A DNA stretch of 64,000 nt. Origin: Tricharina praecox (lineage: Eukaryota). This document shows positions 1 through 12,631 of the stretch, piece by piece. How positions within the stretch are numbered: position 1 is the stretch's first letter; every line of letters starts with the position of its first letter. The translations under genes and the position numbers were made by a program. Where the stretch lies: positions 1 through 64,000 of the forward strand of contig NW_026250415.1 of the NCBI RefSeq assembly GCF_024521635.1, in the 5' to 3' direction. The notes under the pieces are model-generated. The model had not been told where the DNA came from, did not search any database, and saw only the letters and a program-made list of their open reading frames with translations.

Positions 1-101
1 CGGTCGGCGGGAGCCGCGTCGGTCGACATGGCGGAGGGTGTTTGCGCTGACGATGGTGATGACGATGATGATGATGATGATGGGGTGGTGGGGGATGCCA
101 T
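1..101 (-). CDS. Possible 5' end of a gene running off the left edge (Ser/Pro-rich N-terminus MASPTTPSSSSSSSSPSSAQTPSAMSTDAAPAD...)
   Basis: ATG at 101-99 in ACCATGG context, open to the window edge, with a microsatellite-rich UTR-like region upstream. Too short to identify. Confidence 0.35.
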   Translation of the reverse strand, partial: MASPTTPSSSSSSSSPSSAQTPSAMSTDAAPAD

Positions 102-107
102 GGTCGT

Positions 108-190
108 GATGTGTGATGTGTGCTGTGTGCTGTGTGCTGTGTGCTGTGTGCTGTGATGTGTGATGTGTGATGTGTGATGTGTGATGTGTG
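108..190. repeat. Heptamer microsatellite (TGTGTGC/TGTGTGA)n
   Basis: Directly visible tandem array. Confidence 0.9.
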
Positions 191-469
191 CACGTTCTTG
201 AGAGAACGGACGGACGAAAGAACGAAGGTGCTTTATGCTGCGGCTTTAAGCTGCGGCTTTGAAAGGCGTTTGTCAGTCTTGCCTTTCAATTGCAGCTTGC
301 AACTTGCGGGCTCCGTGCCGTCGCCGCTGGGGGTGCAGTGCAGTGCAGGCTGGAACTATGTACTCACATGCAATGCGCGATAGGATTGATGCAGGCCGGC
401 TGGAGATGGCGGGATGTGGCGGTGGGGGCTGGGGACGGTGATGGTGATGAGGACGACTGCTATGGAGTA

Positions 470-580
470 ATAGTAGTCGTTGTATAGACGATGGTCGCAG
501 GAGTAGTAGTAGCAGTAGTCGTATAGACGATGGCAGTAGGAGTAGTCGTACAGACGATGGTAGTGGGAGGAGGAGTAGTC
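470..580. repeat. Imperfect ~30-40 bp tandem repeat (core GTAGTCGTATAGACGATGG, 3 copies)
   Basis: Directly visible. Confidence 0.75.
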
Positions 581-3299
581 CCCGGCGATGAGAGCGCGGG
601 TCGGTGGTGTGGAGGAATTAAGTTGGAGAAGAGCGAGCTGGGAGCTCTCTTATGTATGAGCGAACGAAGAGAGCTCGAGCGCTCGCGGGCAGTGACAGTG
701 CTGTCACACACAGGCCAGGCGCCCGGGAACACTGTACGGTACAGCCCCATCCCATCCCCGCCCGAACCGAGCTGCTGCTGCTGCCTGTAGACTGCCGGAC
801 TGCTACCGATTCGATGAGGCTGATTGAATGAATTTACGAGTAATCCCCGCATGGCGATGAATCCCAGCACGCGGAACGCCCTGGATGACTCGGCCGGATT
901 GGCAAGCGTTCGGTTGAGTCAGACGAGGGAGGGAGGAAGGCTCTCCAGACTACACTAGCATGATCGTGGCTGCCCGGAGTCGAGCTGCGGACTCCATGAG
1001 TCCAGTCGGGATGATGCAAGCGGGGCGAGATTCCGTGGTTTTTCTGTGCGCGCAAAGAGACAGTTCAATGCAGCCTCACGCCCGTGCCCGCTTGCAGACT
1101 TGCAGTCGGTCGGGGAGTCTCACGTAGCGCTGCGGACTCCAGAGCGGCCACTGTCCACTGTTGGGCCACGGCCACAGCAGCGCGAGGACGGGCTGCGCGG
1201 TGGAGAATATGAAGAAGACACATACGGTACTCTGCTATGGACTACAGGACGAGAGAAAAGCACACGCGTCCGTTGCATCTACGAGCGCATGCACAGCCGT
1301 CTTCACGCGTTGTCGTTGCCGCTACGATTCGTCTCTCCCGCTGCAACCGTCCGCCCTGGCCTGTGGGGGAAAGTCCACGCGAGATCTGCCGAGCTCGCGC
1401 TGTCTCTCTGTGTCGAGCAACTAACCACACAGAGTAAGTACGGGCTTGCAATTCAGCCCTGCCATCTATGCGGATCGATTGCAGCCTTGCACTTGCAGGG
1501 GGGGTGGAATCTTCCGGTGGCCAGGGGAGTCATACTCTGTGTACGCGGGGGGGCTGTGTGTGGCTGTGTCCACCCGGCGCCCGCTACCGTATCGGCGTAT
1601 CCTAGGCATCCACCGGTCTGCACACTCTAATCGATGTTGGGATCCGGATAGATGGAATACGGTACGGTAGCTGGTAGGCAGGCAGGTACAGGTACAGCGC
1701 ACACGACCGCACACCGCCCGTTAGTTATTCCCGCAGCGTTTGCTCGGTGGGAGTGGAGCATTCCGGAGATACATGTGTACATGGGCAGCTACAACGGCCT
1801 TCTCGATGCAACCGGTGAATTGGTGGTGGTGATTCATGTTGCATTCAACTTGCATCATGTCTACATACCTCCCACCACTCACTCCAGTGCAGTAGAGAAT
1901 CGCACTCCAGGTCTCCTATCGCTAGTTGGTTGTCTGGATGGTTGCCTACCTACCGGTACTTCGCGCCAATCGGTGGAATGGGCCGAAGAAGGAAGACCCG
2001 CTGAGTCACCGTACAACCGGTCAAGAAGAACCACTGCACCAGTGACTCGGAAGTTAGTGAGCCATCTCCAATCGAGTCGTTAACTAACAGTTATTCTCGC
2101 AACTCGCTCGTGTCGTCGGAGAGTCCGAGGTCGGAGTATCGCTGGCAGTCTAGACTCGCGACTCCGGCGACGTCGGGCCAGTGCTCACTCTCCACTCTCC
2201 AGGATCGCTAGACGAGATAACTACCGTAGGGCTGCAGGTGTCTCACAGGGCGGATTTTACGTATCACATCTGATCTTACCCAGTCTCGTTAACTAAGGTT
2301 CTCTCGTGAGTCGTGGCGCCGTTGCGGTAGTTCCGGTGGATACGCTGGGTATGGTACGGTGGTTACCGCCCTGTCCTCCTCCTGCTGCCGGACGTGACAA
2401 TGTGACACATGCACTCACCGGTGAGCGATCTAGAGTCCGCGCCGAAGCGCACAATCCGTCACTCCTTTACACTACAGTTACAGCGAGCAGTTTTACTACA
2501 TATACAGCTCGATGCCATTCTGTAGAGGATGTCGGATGAGATAGGTACTAGTAACACCGGGTCTGCTGCTGCATAACTGGAAACTGGAAACCCGCGATAT
2601 GGGAAGCTCGGAATAACCAATCGATCGGTACCCGTTTAATTCAGCCTTTCAGACTTTCAGGAACCGGTATGTAAGTAGGTTTTACCGCATAGGTGACTGT
2701 AGTGACGGAACACATCAGCACCATCGGGATGCATCACACCAGTGACCAGTACTCCGTGGTCGAACCAGTTTCACGCGTGAAACATTGTGCGGTGGGGGGG
2801 GCCAGTCAGGACTCGTCACTCGTAGCGTCCAGCCATACCGTATGTTGAGAATATGAGTGTGAGTGTGATATTATTCAGTTGCTTGAATCATTCGCAGAAC
2901 ACAGCAGATGACCAGCTAAACATACCAGACAGAGAATAAACAGGATTCTCGAGGTGCCCTCAAGGCGCCGTCGAAGAGGCGCAAAACTTGGCGCATATGA
3001 CCAATATGACAAATGTGCAACATCTTGGACGAGTGACAACGGTGGCTTTTCAGCCAGAACGAGAATCGCAACATACCGTACCTCAAAGCCCGTGTTTCTA
3101 CCGCTAGGTGCAATGACGGCTTGAATCCAACAACCGATCATCTTGCGTGTGAAGCGCTCGGATAGGTTGTCTGCTCGGTCCTCAATTTCTAATATGTAAG
3201 CCTGTACAAGTGCCGGAAAGGCCTGAGTCGCTGAGTCGCTGCTGGCCAAGTCCGTGTTGTAACATGTGGCGAGACGTAACTGATATGAGGGCCAGTTGA

Positions 3300-3401
3300 C
3301 GTAGTCCTGGAAGGGAAATGGCGAAAATGAAGAATGATGGAGAAGTTGAGGTTCTATTCAACGTCAAAGCGCCATCTTATGGCTCTCCTCTGCTACCCTC
3401 A
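3300..3401 (-). mobile_element. Degenerate solo-LTR-like remnant homologous to 20155-20276
   Basis: gatggagaagttgaggttctattcaacgtcaaagcgccatct-tatggctctcctctgctaccctca aligns by eye to gatgaagaagtggaggttgtattcgacttcgaagaaccatct(actctga)tatggctctcctccgctacctaca. Confidence 0.65.
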
Positions 3402-3873
3402 ACTGTCAAATATACTGATATACACCGTCTGGATTAAGTCCTCGCCGAAAGGCCCAAGGGGGCTCTCGTCACCCCACCAAAAATATGCGGCGCCGAATGA
3501 TCGGCGGTGGAGCACCGCGAGCGGCGGAGGATGGCAGAACCTAGATGTGCATTCAGCATCAAGAGCCTAGTTTCATCAGTATCTAAGTTTTCACTGTCCA
3601 TCTAACATACTTTACTTTCCATATTATCAATCTATTCACATTTCGCATCAACAAAATAGGTATGTAGGGTCGCAGTCGGCTCCCGTGAGAATGAAATCCC
3701 GCAGTAAATCACTGAAGGTAAGAACGCCTAGGCATGTGAAGAATTTACGGACGAAGGGACATGCGACGAGTAACTCACGGTAGGTAGTACGTACAAAGGT
3801 ATTTAGAAATGGACGAAATGAAACAAAAAAGCCATTGACTCCAAATGCCTCATTCAAGCCTGCAATTCTTTTT

Positions 3874-5812
3874 CTACTTTACTCGTAGTCTCGTATACAT
3901 CATCGTTTCTAAAGGTCGAAGCGATCGATCCCTCATCTTCTGGTTTTCATCAGAGCCAACTTCGTGCTCGATAGCGGAATCGAGTAGTCCAGCTGTCCTC
4001 AGCACCTGTACACGAGCGAGATGGTAGGCTTCCTCTCTCCTCATGTATTCGTCGCGAGCGAGATGGTGGGCTTCCTCTCTCCTCCATTGTTCGCGAACGA
4101 GACGAGACGGCGGGCAACCAAATTCCCGCCCCCTCGGTGCCGATCCCCGGGCCTTCGCGCCGCTACGGGGGTAGCAGGTACACCTGCGTCCCATTGCGGC
4201 ACGGAGGGAAAGCGGGGATACCCGCTGACTTCACCAAAGCCTAGGAGGTCGAAAGCCTCGGCTCACTGCGCCGCGCCGCCGCCTTGGGGGTGGCAGGTAC
4301 ACCTGCGTCCCATTAGCGGCGGCGCGGCGTAGTTGAGCGACAGCGAAGTTGCCGACCCCGAGATGGGGCGCACGCCACAGAATCCACTCGGTGTGGGCCT
4401 GCCGTTCAGCGGATTCGAGCGGCGCTTGCTGTCGTAAAGCTTTTGCCTGAGTTGCTGCACGCTGCTGGATGGTGGCGCTGGATGGCCCACGGCAGAACTG
4501 GCAGAAACAGAGTTGTCCTGGTTGGCAGCATAAACAGTCTGCTGCTGTTTTGCAAGCTTGTGAGACTTGGTGATAACAGTGTTCTTCACCTCAACGAGGA
4601 GAACTGCATCTTGAGCCACGCGAGCCTGTTCTTCAAGGAGCTTCTTTGTTAAGGCATCAACCATTGCCTCTCGGCGCTTCCAGTAGATGATGTTTTCATC
4701 AATCTTCTTTGAGTACTTGCCCAAGTATTCAAGCGACAGCCCGGCCAGACCTATGGCACTGAGTGTTCCCTGCGGGATAGCTCTGCGCGTGATGTCCTCC
4801 CAGCCCATTTCGAACTGAGCGACAGCAGCGACAGCGACAAGGTCGGCCTCGGCTTCCTCGTCACAGATGGCACGAGCATGCTCCAGCATCTCATCGGTGA
4901 TAAGAACGTCCCCGGGCGTTTCGGGGTCTGCGCTTGGACCAATGTCCTGGTTGTAATCGACGACGGGTTTCTGGAACCCATTGCTGGATTGTGGTGTTTG
5001 CTGGCGCGGCCGCGCGACGGAAGCTCCAACTTGGTAACTACCAGGAGCACTGGGCTCCTCAGCAGCAGTTGCATCCTCTGGAGCCTCAACGGCTCCTGCC
5101 GGGTTCGTCCGGCGTCTTCCCCTCAGCCGGCGCATCCACGTGCGTTCCGGCTGGTGTTGTGACCTCGATCCTCGGGATCGCTATCACCCCCTCCTCCTCC
5201 TCCGACCACTACTCAACAGTTCCTAGTGGAGCTGTTGGAGCAAGTGGACCATGGTCCAATGTCTGGGGGCGAGAACCCCTCCGCCCCAGCTGTTGGGTTG
5301 CTGCGCTGGCATTCGTGGCCAGCCACAGCCTGGGGAGTTGCAGCTGGCGTCGCAGTCAAGGTACGACGCCGGAATCTGCAACTCCCCACCACCACCACCA
5401 CCACCATCGATGACTAATCGTATACTCAGCGTCCACGGCTAGAGTTGCCGACACAGTACTGCACTGGAACCTGCAACTCCCCACCACGACCACTACCACC
5501 ACCACCACTACCGCCAGCAATGGTCACTGGTATCCTCGGGAGTCTTCATCTCCGCGGAAGTCACAGCTGGAATTGCCGGCGCAGTACCACACCAGAATCC
5601 AAAACTCCCCACCATCACCAGCGGTGGCTCACTACATCCTTTGGAGTCTCCGTCTCCTCGGAAGTCTTGGTCTCGCCAGTGAGGTGCGACTCCTCCTCCG
5701 TAGGAGCCTCCACACCCGCGCCGTCGAATGAACTTGACCCATTTTTTGGCCCGAAGCCGAGGGAAATAATTCTATCTTCGGCTCGCACATCTCCAACTTC
5801 GATTACTGTCAT
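3874..5812 (-). pseudogene. Disrupted hypothetical gene (segments 5812-5615, 5135-4263, 4194-3874) with internal tandem duplications and a coiled-coil-like segment
   Basis: Protein-like composition in the 290-aa ORF. Frames are broken by stops and duplicated blocks, and no domain is recognisable. Confidence 0.35.
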
Positions 5813-6329
5813 CTAGTTAGCTTTGGAACTGGGATGATGGATCCGAGGGGTAGGAAGGTTAATACCGTCACTAATGAATCTTTCAAGGTCGAATCCTTCA
5901 GGCCTGCTGAGGGTTGAAAAAGTGAATTGTATTGTTTCGTGTTGTGTTGAAAGTAGGAAGTAGAGAAAGGTGATGTTGTGTTGAAAGTGGAGAGAGGGAA
6001 CGGGTGGAAGGGGTAGAAGTAGGTGGTGTTGTGGGTGTGAGATGTCTCGGCATTCACTCAGCTGACAACCCTCACTTAAGCTAACGCAGTTAGCCGGATT
6101 ACCCTAATCTAATCTACATAATCAAGGAGATTTCATTCATAGTATCTCACTCCGGCAGCCCAGTTGAGATCCCCGCAACGCTTTCTCGCAAACATGTCGA
6201 TGGGCAGGGGAAGTGGGGGGGCCGCATCGGACTGGTCAGTACCGGGGGCTTTCACCTCGACTGGCCAGAGCGGGAAGGAAAAGGAGTTCTTTGGTTCGCC
6301 ATAGTCTAGATAGGCTGCATGCGAAATAA

Positions 6330-6460
6330 ACTGAAGATCTCTTTCGGAAAAGTATCATGAGGTTCGGAAGAAGACGGGGAAGTGTAAAGGCTGCTTCAAA
6401 ATCCGGGGCTTGCTCGCAGACGAGAAATGCAGCCAGGCTATCCTAGACTTACTCTCATAC
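6330..6460 (+). mobile_element. 3' remnant of a non-LTR (LINE/Tad1-like) retrotransposon ORF2
   Basis: Frame from 6359 reads EVRKKTGKCKGCFKIRGLLADEKCSQAILDLLS. This resembles the EVRKETGRxKxRxKIRDLLADxRCSQAVLDFLS C-terminus I recall from ascomycete LINE proteins (recognised from memory, not searched). Confidence 0.5.
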
Positions 6461-8646
6461 TACGTAGCATTCTGATTGTTATCGCCAGCCAGTTTTACAC
6501 AGTTGACTGATGCATCATCCACCTGCTCCATGGTTTTACTAGCCCATATACTGTACGCACGCCTCGGCGCAAGGCTTGAAGCTACATAATGCCAGAGAAG
6601 CGAGCGCAGGGACTTATCGCCGACTCGCCGCCCGTAGCAATTTACTGTCAACTGAGAAAAGCGAGTGATGGTGCGTGATGCAGAGGCTCGCAGATTCATA
6701 ACGAAGAGGCTAGTAGCTAAGTACGGACATGACTACATATAAAACAAGTGGGGTGTAGGAAATGTGCTACGGATCGAAAGGACTGCGTATATGCACATGT
6801 TCACCGTGATAGCGGGGATACTGAGGCTGAAGTCCCAGACGTACAACTACATAACACTCAAACGGTCATACTCGAACCATAGCTGTATACAGCAGCCGGA
6901 GATCAATATTTCGGCGCTTAAGTTTAAGCTAGGACACCTAACCCGCTGTTATCCGTGAGAGGGGTGGAAGGGGCAAGGTTGCATCATGTACTCTACTTCC
7001 ACCTAACTACCTACTGCCCTCCGCAGTTGCTCACGGAAGACAGACACACACCCACCCACCCACCCAGACAATCCTATCCGCCCTTGGCCCTGGAAAATCC
7101 TCTCTCATATGCGGCTTTCCCATCGGGAGCTTATCGCGGATCTTCGCATCAGGCACCGATCAGTCAACGTCGCGGCGGGGGTGGGTCTCACCCCCGACGA
7201 CCGGCTGCTCCTGCTCCTGCTCGTAGAGCTGATTCACAAGTCCACGGCGAACAAGTCGCACGTGAGTCGTGCTCACCCAAAGTTCGAGTACACCTCCGTC
7301 TGACGCGCGGTACCAGGACTCGAGGCGCGGATGCTGTGGCCAGCCTGGATGCGGGCGGGCGGGTGCCGCGGGGTATCCAACGGCCGCGCAGCCTGCAGCC
7401 TGCAGCCTGCGGGACGGCGCGTACGAGATAGTGACGGCTGTGTGGAAGAGCTCCATAGGCGGGCGGCTGCTTACCAGCGGCGGAGTCCGGACACGACAGC
7501 GGGCGGCGTCAGAGTCAACATCCGCCGGAATAACGAGACAAGACGGTCTGAGTTTCCGACGATCTATGGGCGGACGCCGGCGTTTATTGCGCTAGCCCGA
7601 CGCCGTCGATCTCCAATGCGGGACGTTGTGGAGACTTTGGATGGTCAGCGTGGGCGATGAGTTGCAGAGCATGTCGGAATACAATACCACAAGGTACCGT
7701 ATCCGCTGTGTATGTCACACCCTCGAGGCGTGAGTTCTCTGGCATAACCGGCGAATAGCGAACGGCCAGAACTAATTCATAGGATACTCTGTCGACAGTC
7801 GAGCACAATGCGGAGAAACATCCTGTCATGGTAAGGCTTGCACCTCAGCCCCGAGTCCCCGACCGCTTCGAGACGATTCTGATGGAACTTTGGGGGTCGC
7901 GACGTTGTATGTTTTACAGAACGAGGACGAGAAGGAGGAGTAGTGGAAGTGGACTTGTGTGTCCGTTAGCTACGCGGCGAAATCTGCCAGCCTGACCGTT
8001 TCCCCTCGACCGTTGAAGCGATGAATTCTCCAGCCGAGTACCATAACCCCCAAGGTGCCAGTCCATCATACGAGTGGAACCACAGATGGACCACGTTCAC
8101 CAGGCGAAGCCCGAAATCCGTCCCCCTCCAGCGTGGAGACGGCTCGTCAGCGACCGCCCATGCGAGCGACGAAAAAGTCCGGCTCTCCCTAGCAACGCCG
8201 CTTGCGTCCCCCTGGTCGTATCTGGCTAGAGTAGCCGGTGGTCATGCAGGACGGGCCGATACCCGACACCCCACCCGACGACCCCCCACGGAAACTCGAC
8301 CCAGCCGATTCCACTAGAGTTTGTAGGCGTCGGCTTCGGGATGGCTGTAGAGTAGCCGTTCGGACTACCGGACTACCGGAGCCAGGGGTGGAGGGCGTGC
8401 TGACGGGGCCGTGACTCCGTAGGAGGCCGGGAAATTGCATGGCCGCGGGCCGGTAAGCGCTAACTGGCACTAGAGTAAGAGAGAGAGGGAGAGAGCCGAA
8501 CGGCGTGTCATGGGGTGAGTGATAGACATGCATTTCTTCCACATTCTATCTACTCCAAGACGAAAGAAATCAAACAGCTACGAGTATGTACACGATGCAC
8601 AAAAAGAGACAAGACACAGACGGAAAAGCAAGAAACTCCCAGGCAA

Positions 8647-9868
8647 CTACTCCTCCTCGGGCCACAGGTTGAAGCCGAAAGTATCCTTCATATTGACGAA
8701 GCGCGTGTGTCTTCCCTCAGCGACGGCATTGACCGCCTGGAAGTCGTCCTCGCTCAATTCGAAGCCCTCAAAGTTACTCCTGATCCTGCTCGGGGTTGCG
8801 CTCTTAGGCAGCACGGGATAACCGCGCTTGATGCCCCAAGCGATGAGGACCTGCGCCAGCGTATGTCCCGTCCTCCGCGCGACCTCGTTCAGCGTGGCGT
8901 TCTCGGACACCCTCTCGCCGGTGGTGGGGACCTGGTTCTGCGAGCCCAGCGGCGAGTACGCGACGAGCAGGATGTTCTTCGACTTGGCGAAGTCGAGGAG
9001 CTCCTGGTTCGGGAGGAAGGGGTGGATCTCGACCTGGTTGGCGGCGGGCGGGATGGACGCGAACGAGAGCAGCTGCTCGAGCCGCGGGATAGAGAAGTTG
9101 CTCACTCCGATCGCCCGCGCTTTGCCGCTGCGGTACAGGTCTTCCATCGCTCGCCAGGTTCGCTCCGGGTTGTTGGTTAGGTCGTGCTTGATGATGTACT
9201 GTGAGAAGCGTCAGTGGGAGGTTCCGTCATTCGCTTCCAGAGAGCATGTTGGCACGGGAGGACATGAAGCGTACTTTTCCATCCGGGCCGAGCTTGGGCT
9301 GGTAGTCGTCTGTCCTCTCGGCAGCAATGGGCCAGTGCAGCAGGAAGAGGTCAACATAGTCGAGCTTGAGCTTTCGCAGTGAGTCTTCCATCGACCACTT
9401 GACTACGTCATCACCATTCGTATCAGCACTGTCTTCTTCTTCTTCACCACAGAGAAATCCGGAGCGAGAAGTGAAAAGAAAAAAAGGAAGAGAAAAGCTC
9501 ACCCTCTTCCGGCTCGTGGAGGTGGTTCCAAACTTTGGTGCAGATAAAGAGGTCCTCGCGCTTCACCTTTCCTCCCTGCTCCTTCAAGAAGTCCGCAATG
9601 GCTTCACCGATCTCTTCTTCGTTCAAGTAGAACCACGCACAGTCGAGGTGTCTGTTTTCGCCCTTCGAGTCAGCAATTGGTCGCGTGCAATCGAGGGACT
9701 TGTCATGTCAGGATCTTGCAAAAAACACACTTACCGATAACCAGCTTCCAGAGCACATTTTGTGGACTTGTAGGACTCCCCTTTGGCGCCTTCATTGGCG
9801 AAGGTTCCAAATCCGACGGCAGGAATCTCGGTTCCCGTGTTCAGCTTGAATGTTTTTCCCAAAGACAT
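8647..9868 (-). CDS. gldB: NADP(+)-dependent glycerol dehydrogenase, aldo-keto reductase family, 320 aa; exons 9868-9735, 9651-9503, 9402-9275, 9198-8647
   Basis: GT-AG introns give one frame. Motifs: [82 protein letters not shown]. Closely matches Aspergillus GldB-type sequence. Confidence 0.93.
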
Positions 9869-12631
9869 GATTGCGGTTGGATCGGTACGGTAAGGGTGGG
9901 GTGGGGGAAGGTGATGAGGTGATTCGGAAGACGGTGACGAGGATGATGATAACGAAGCAGGAACCGTGCAAGGCGGTGGTGAAGATGATGATAACGAAGC
10001 AGGAACTGTGCAGGACTGTATCTGTCGTGATGGAGGGCGGATTGAATCGCTTTGAGCAGGAGAGAAGCGGAATCCAATGCGGGTTATCCTTCGGTGGTCT
10101 TTTACATCTCCCAAGAATGCGCTCGATCGAAGCCAGCCAGCCCCGTTCGACGTGCATGTACGCTTGCCAGAGCGTAGCTTTCCTCCCTTGCGTTGGCCTC
10201 GAAGGTTTTCCCTTCGGATGTTCCCTATGCTGTCGACACTGTGTCTGCGGCCGCGCGAGGAGGCGACGATGACGCAGATGTTCGCGGTGGTGCATTAGTC
10301 CATAACCGTAGCGTGCTGATATGTGCGGCAACTTTTGCGTCAGCATTCGAAACGAGGACCCTGATCCGAAAGTCTGCCGATTTCTCTTTTTCGACGCTGT
10401 GGACACTGGAATCCGCCGCCGCCGCCGCCGCCGACCCGCGAGGTATGTAGATAGATGGCTATCTTTCTTCTCGAGGCGGTTATCTACATTAATCTACATT
10501 GTTTTCCGCCGTCAAGGTTTGCTCGATGCTCGCGAGGGAGGCCTTCGATATCACGCGTGGGACTGCCGTGCCAGGCGAACAGAGAGATGATCAGTCAGAT
10601 CATCACTATCATGATCCTGGGGGTTTCCGTCGCTGCTGGGTACCCACTACCAGGGGGAGTTGAGAGTGGAGATTCTCGCTGCAGGTACTCACTCTATTGT
10701 ACCCACCTATCCGCGTCGTACAGCATATTTGTTATTTTATTCTTCGCGATCACGACTGGGCGATCGCCTCGGATCGCAGGGTGCACTCTATGTGGGCACT
10801 TTGTATGTGCATGCCATGTACCATGGAGTACTCCCTACTCCATCTTCATCGCCCGTTGAAACGATGCAATGTTCGCTGCGCGCCGCAGTGAAGGATCGAA
10901 GAAGGGGGGTTGGTTGGAATCCACCGATCGAGCGCAGCAGAATGGTTTGTACCAAACACACAGTACTCTGCATACCGGCACCTACTCTACTCCACTCGAC
11001 TCCACTCCACTTCCCCTGACGATGATGATGGCACTGACTGCGCTCCATCAATATTGGTACCACAAGCTACATTATGTACCGGCACATACGGGCACCGGCT
11101 ACGACAGCGAGTCAGCTTCCTTGTGCCCGAAGAGTCGTAGGGCGGGCCGGGCGGCGATGAAAACTCCGCCTAGCCGCACCGTCCGTGCATAAGGATGACG
11201 CAAAGCGTGTCAGAGAATTATCCGCTACGGGCCGTAGGATCGACAGACCGACATGGGCGTTTTCCCTGCGTTCCGTGACAGCTCAACCACATCCCAACCT
11301 CCGCCGGCGCACTTGGAGGGAAGGGGACAGCATGGGTCCATGGGATAACGGCTTTCGGCACGTTAGCCGCCAATCGTCCACACACCACCGCACCACCATA
11401 CAGACCGCTGCACCACACGAACACACGCCGCCGACGCCGACGCCGCCCGCCGCTGCTGCTGCCTCTACCTCTGGCTGCACTCGGTCGTCATCGCTATCCA
11501 TGTGGGCCCAACGCCCGAGAGCGTCTGTCCGTTTGCATCGGCCACTGGCGCATCCCACGCTCAGGATGGCTCGTTACCAGGAAGGGCGATATTCGGGAGA
11601 TCCATGGGCATGTACATACGGTACCTAGGGACTCTGCCTACTCCTGCATGGCGCCCGGCGGCCGGCTTCTCTGACTTGGCGATGAGCCTTTCACCGCTCG
11701 CTCGCAACGGCTTCCCTGAACAGAGTTTTCTCTGTGGCCTTCCGCCGAGTTCGAAATTCGAATCCTCACCCACCACCATCATCAGCCGCATCCGAGACAA
11801 TTCCCTCAGGTTCGGGATCTCCACTCGGCCAAGCTACCGGCAGGCCAAGTACGGCCAAGTGCTCAGTCCACCCCCCTTCGATGGCCTCTAAACCCACCCC
11901 AGCCAGCGCAGACCCTGAGTTTCCTGGGATCGCCGTCTCGAACATCCACAAGTGCGAGCCAAATCCTCAGATCCTGAGCGGGCTGCTCCAACCTGCGCGA
12001 GGGGACGTATTGGGAAAAGGGCTCCAGCTACTGTAGCCGAATTTACGAGAATCCACACACTTTTCTGCGGCCGAACTGTACATTTGGTCCCGCTTGAGGT
12101 GGTCGTGGTCGTGGCCATGGGTCGATGGTATGACCGTGCAGACTTCAAACCTTCGAAACAGACACAAGCTCGGTGGTCTAGCTGCGTCAACAACCTTGTG
12201 GGGCCTCATTTGTGCCCCATATCTGAATGAACAAGAAAAAAGAGTCCCGAGGTTTCCCGAGCCGACGGGTTCGAACGACGATCACAAGAACTGTGGGAAT
12301 GAAGGGTCTCGTGTTCTGCGCCAAGCTGCCACCGGCTCGTCTCTAGCTGTACCAACCGCCGCCTGAGCCACGCTTGCGTGCATGGTTGACTGACTCTTTA
12401 CGTCATCCAGCTGCTTCTGCTCTGTTGCTGTGAACGTACCAGATGGACAGACTGTCGAACAAGCGTCCGTTTCCGAACGAACGTTATATACCTCCCCTTC
12501 CCCCCCTCATTCAGTAACTATTCCTCAGCTTGCCTTAAATCCTACCTACCTACTACCCATTCGCACTCTTAAAACTCACCTCCTTGTATTACCTCTTCAC
12601 CCTACACAACCTCCACATAACTTCTTTAATC
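9869..12631. promoter_or_regulatory. Shared divergent promoter region with CRE/ATF-like sites (TTACGTCA 12398-12405; TTGCGTCA 10335-10342; TGACGCAA 11196-11203; TGACGCAG 10270-10277) and TATA-like TTATATA near 12484
   Basis: Motifs are seen in the sequence; function is inferred from bZIP (Atf1/AtfA) site consensus. Confidence 0.45.
9942..10012. repeat. 42-bp-period duplication in the gldB 5' region (GATGATGATAACGAAGCAGGAAC[C/T]GTGCA x2)
   Basis: Directly visible. Confidence 0.85.

Noticed and set aside
2875-3300. Protein-like minus-strand ORF next to the LTR remnant
   Set aside because: No ATG start or domain recognised
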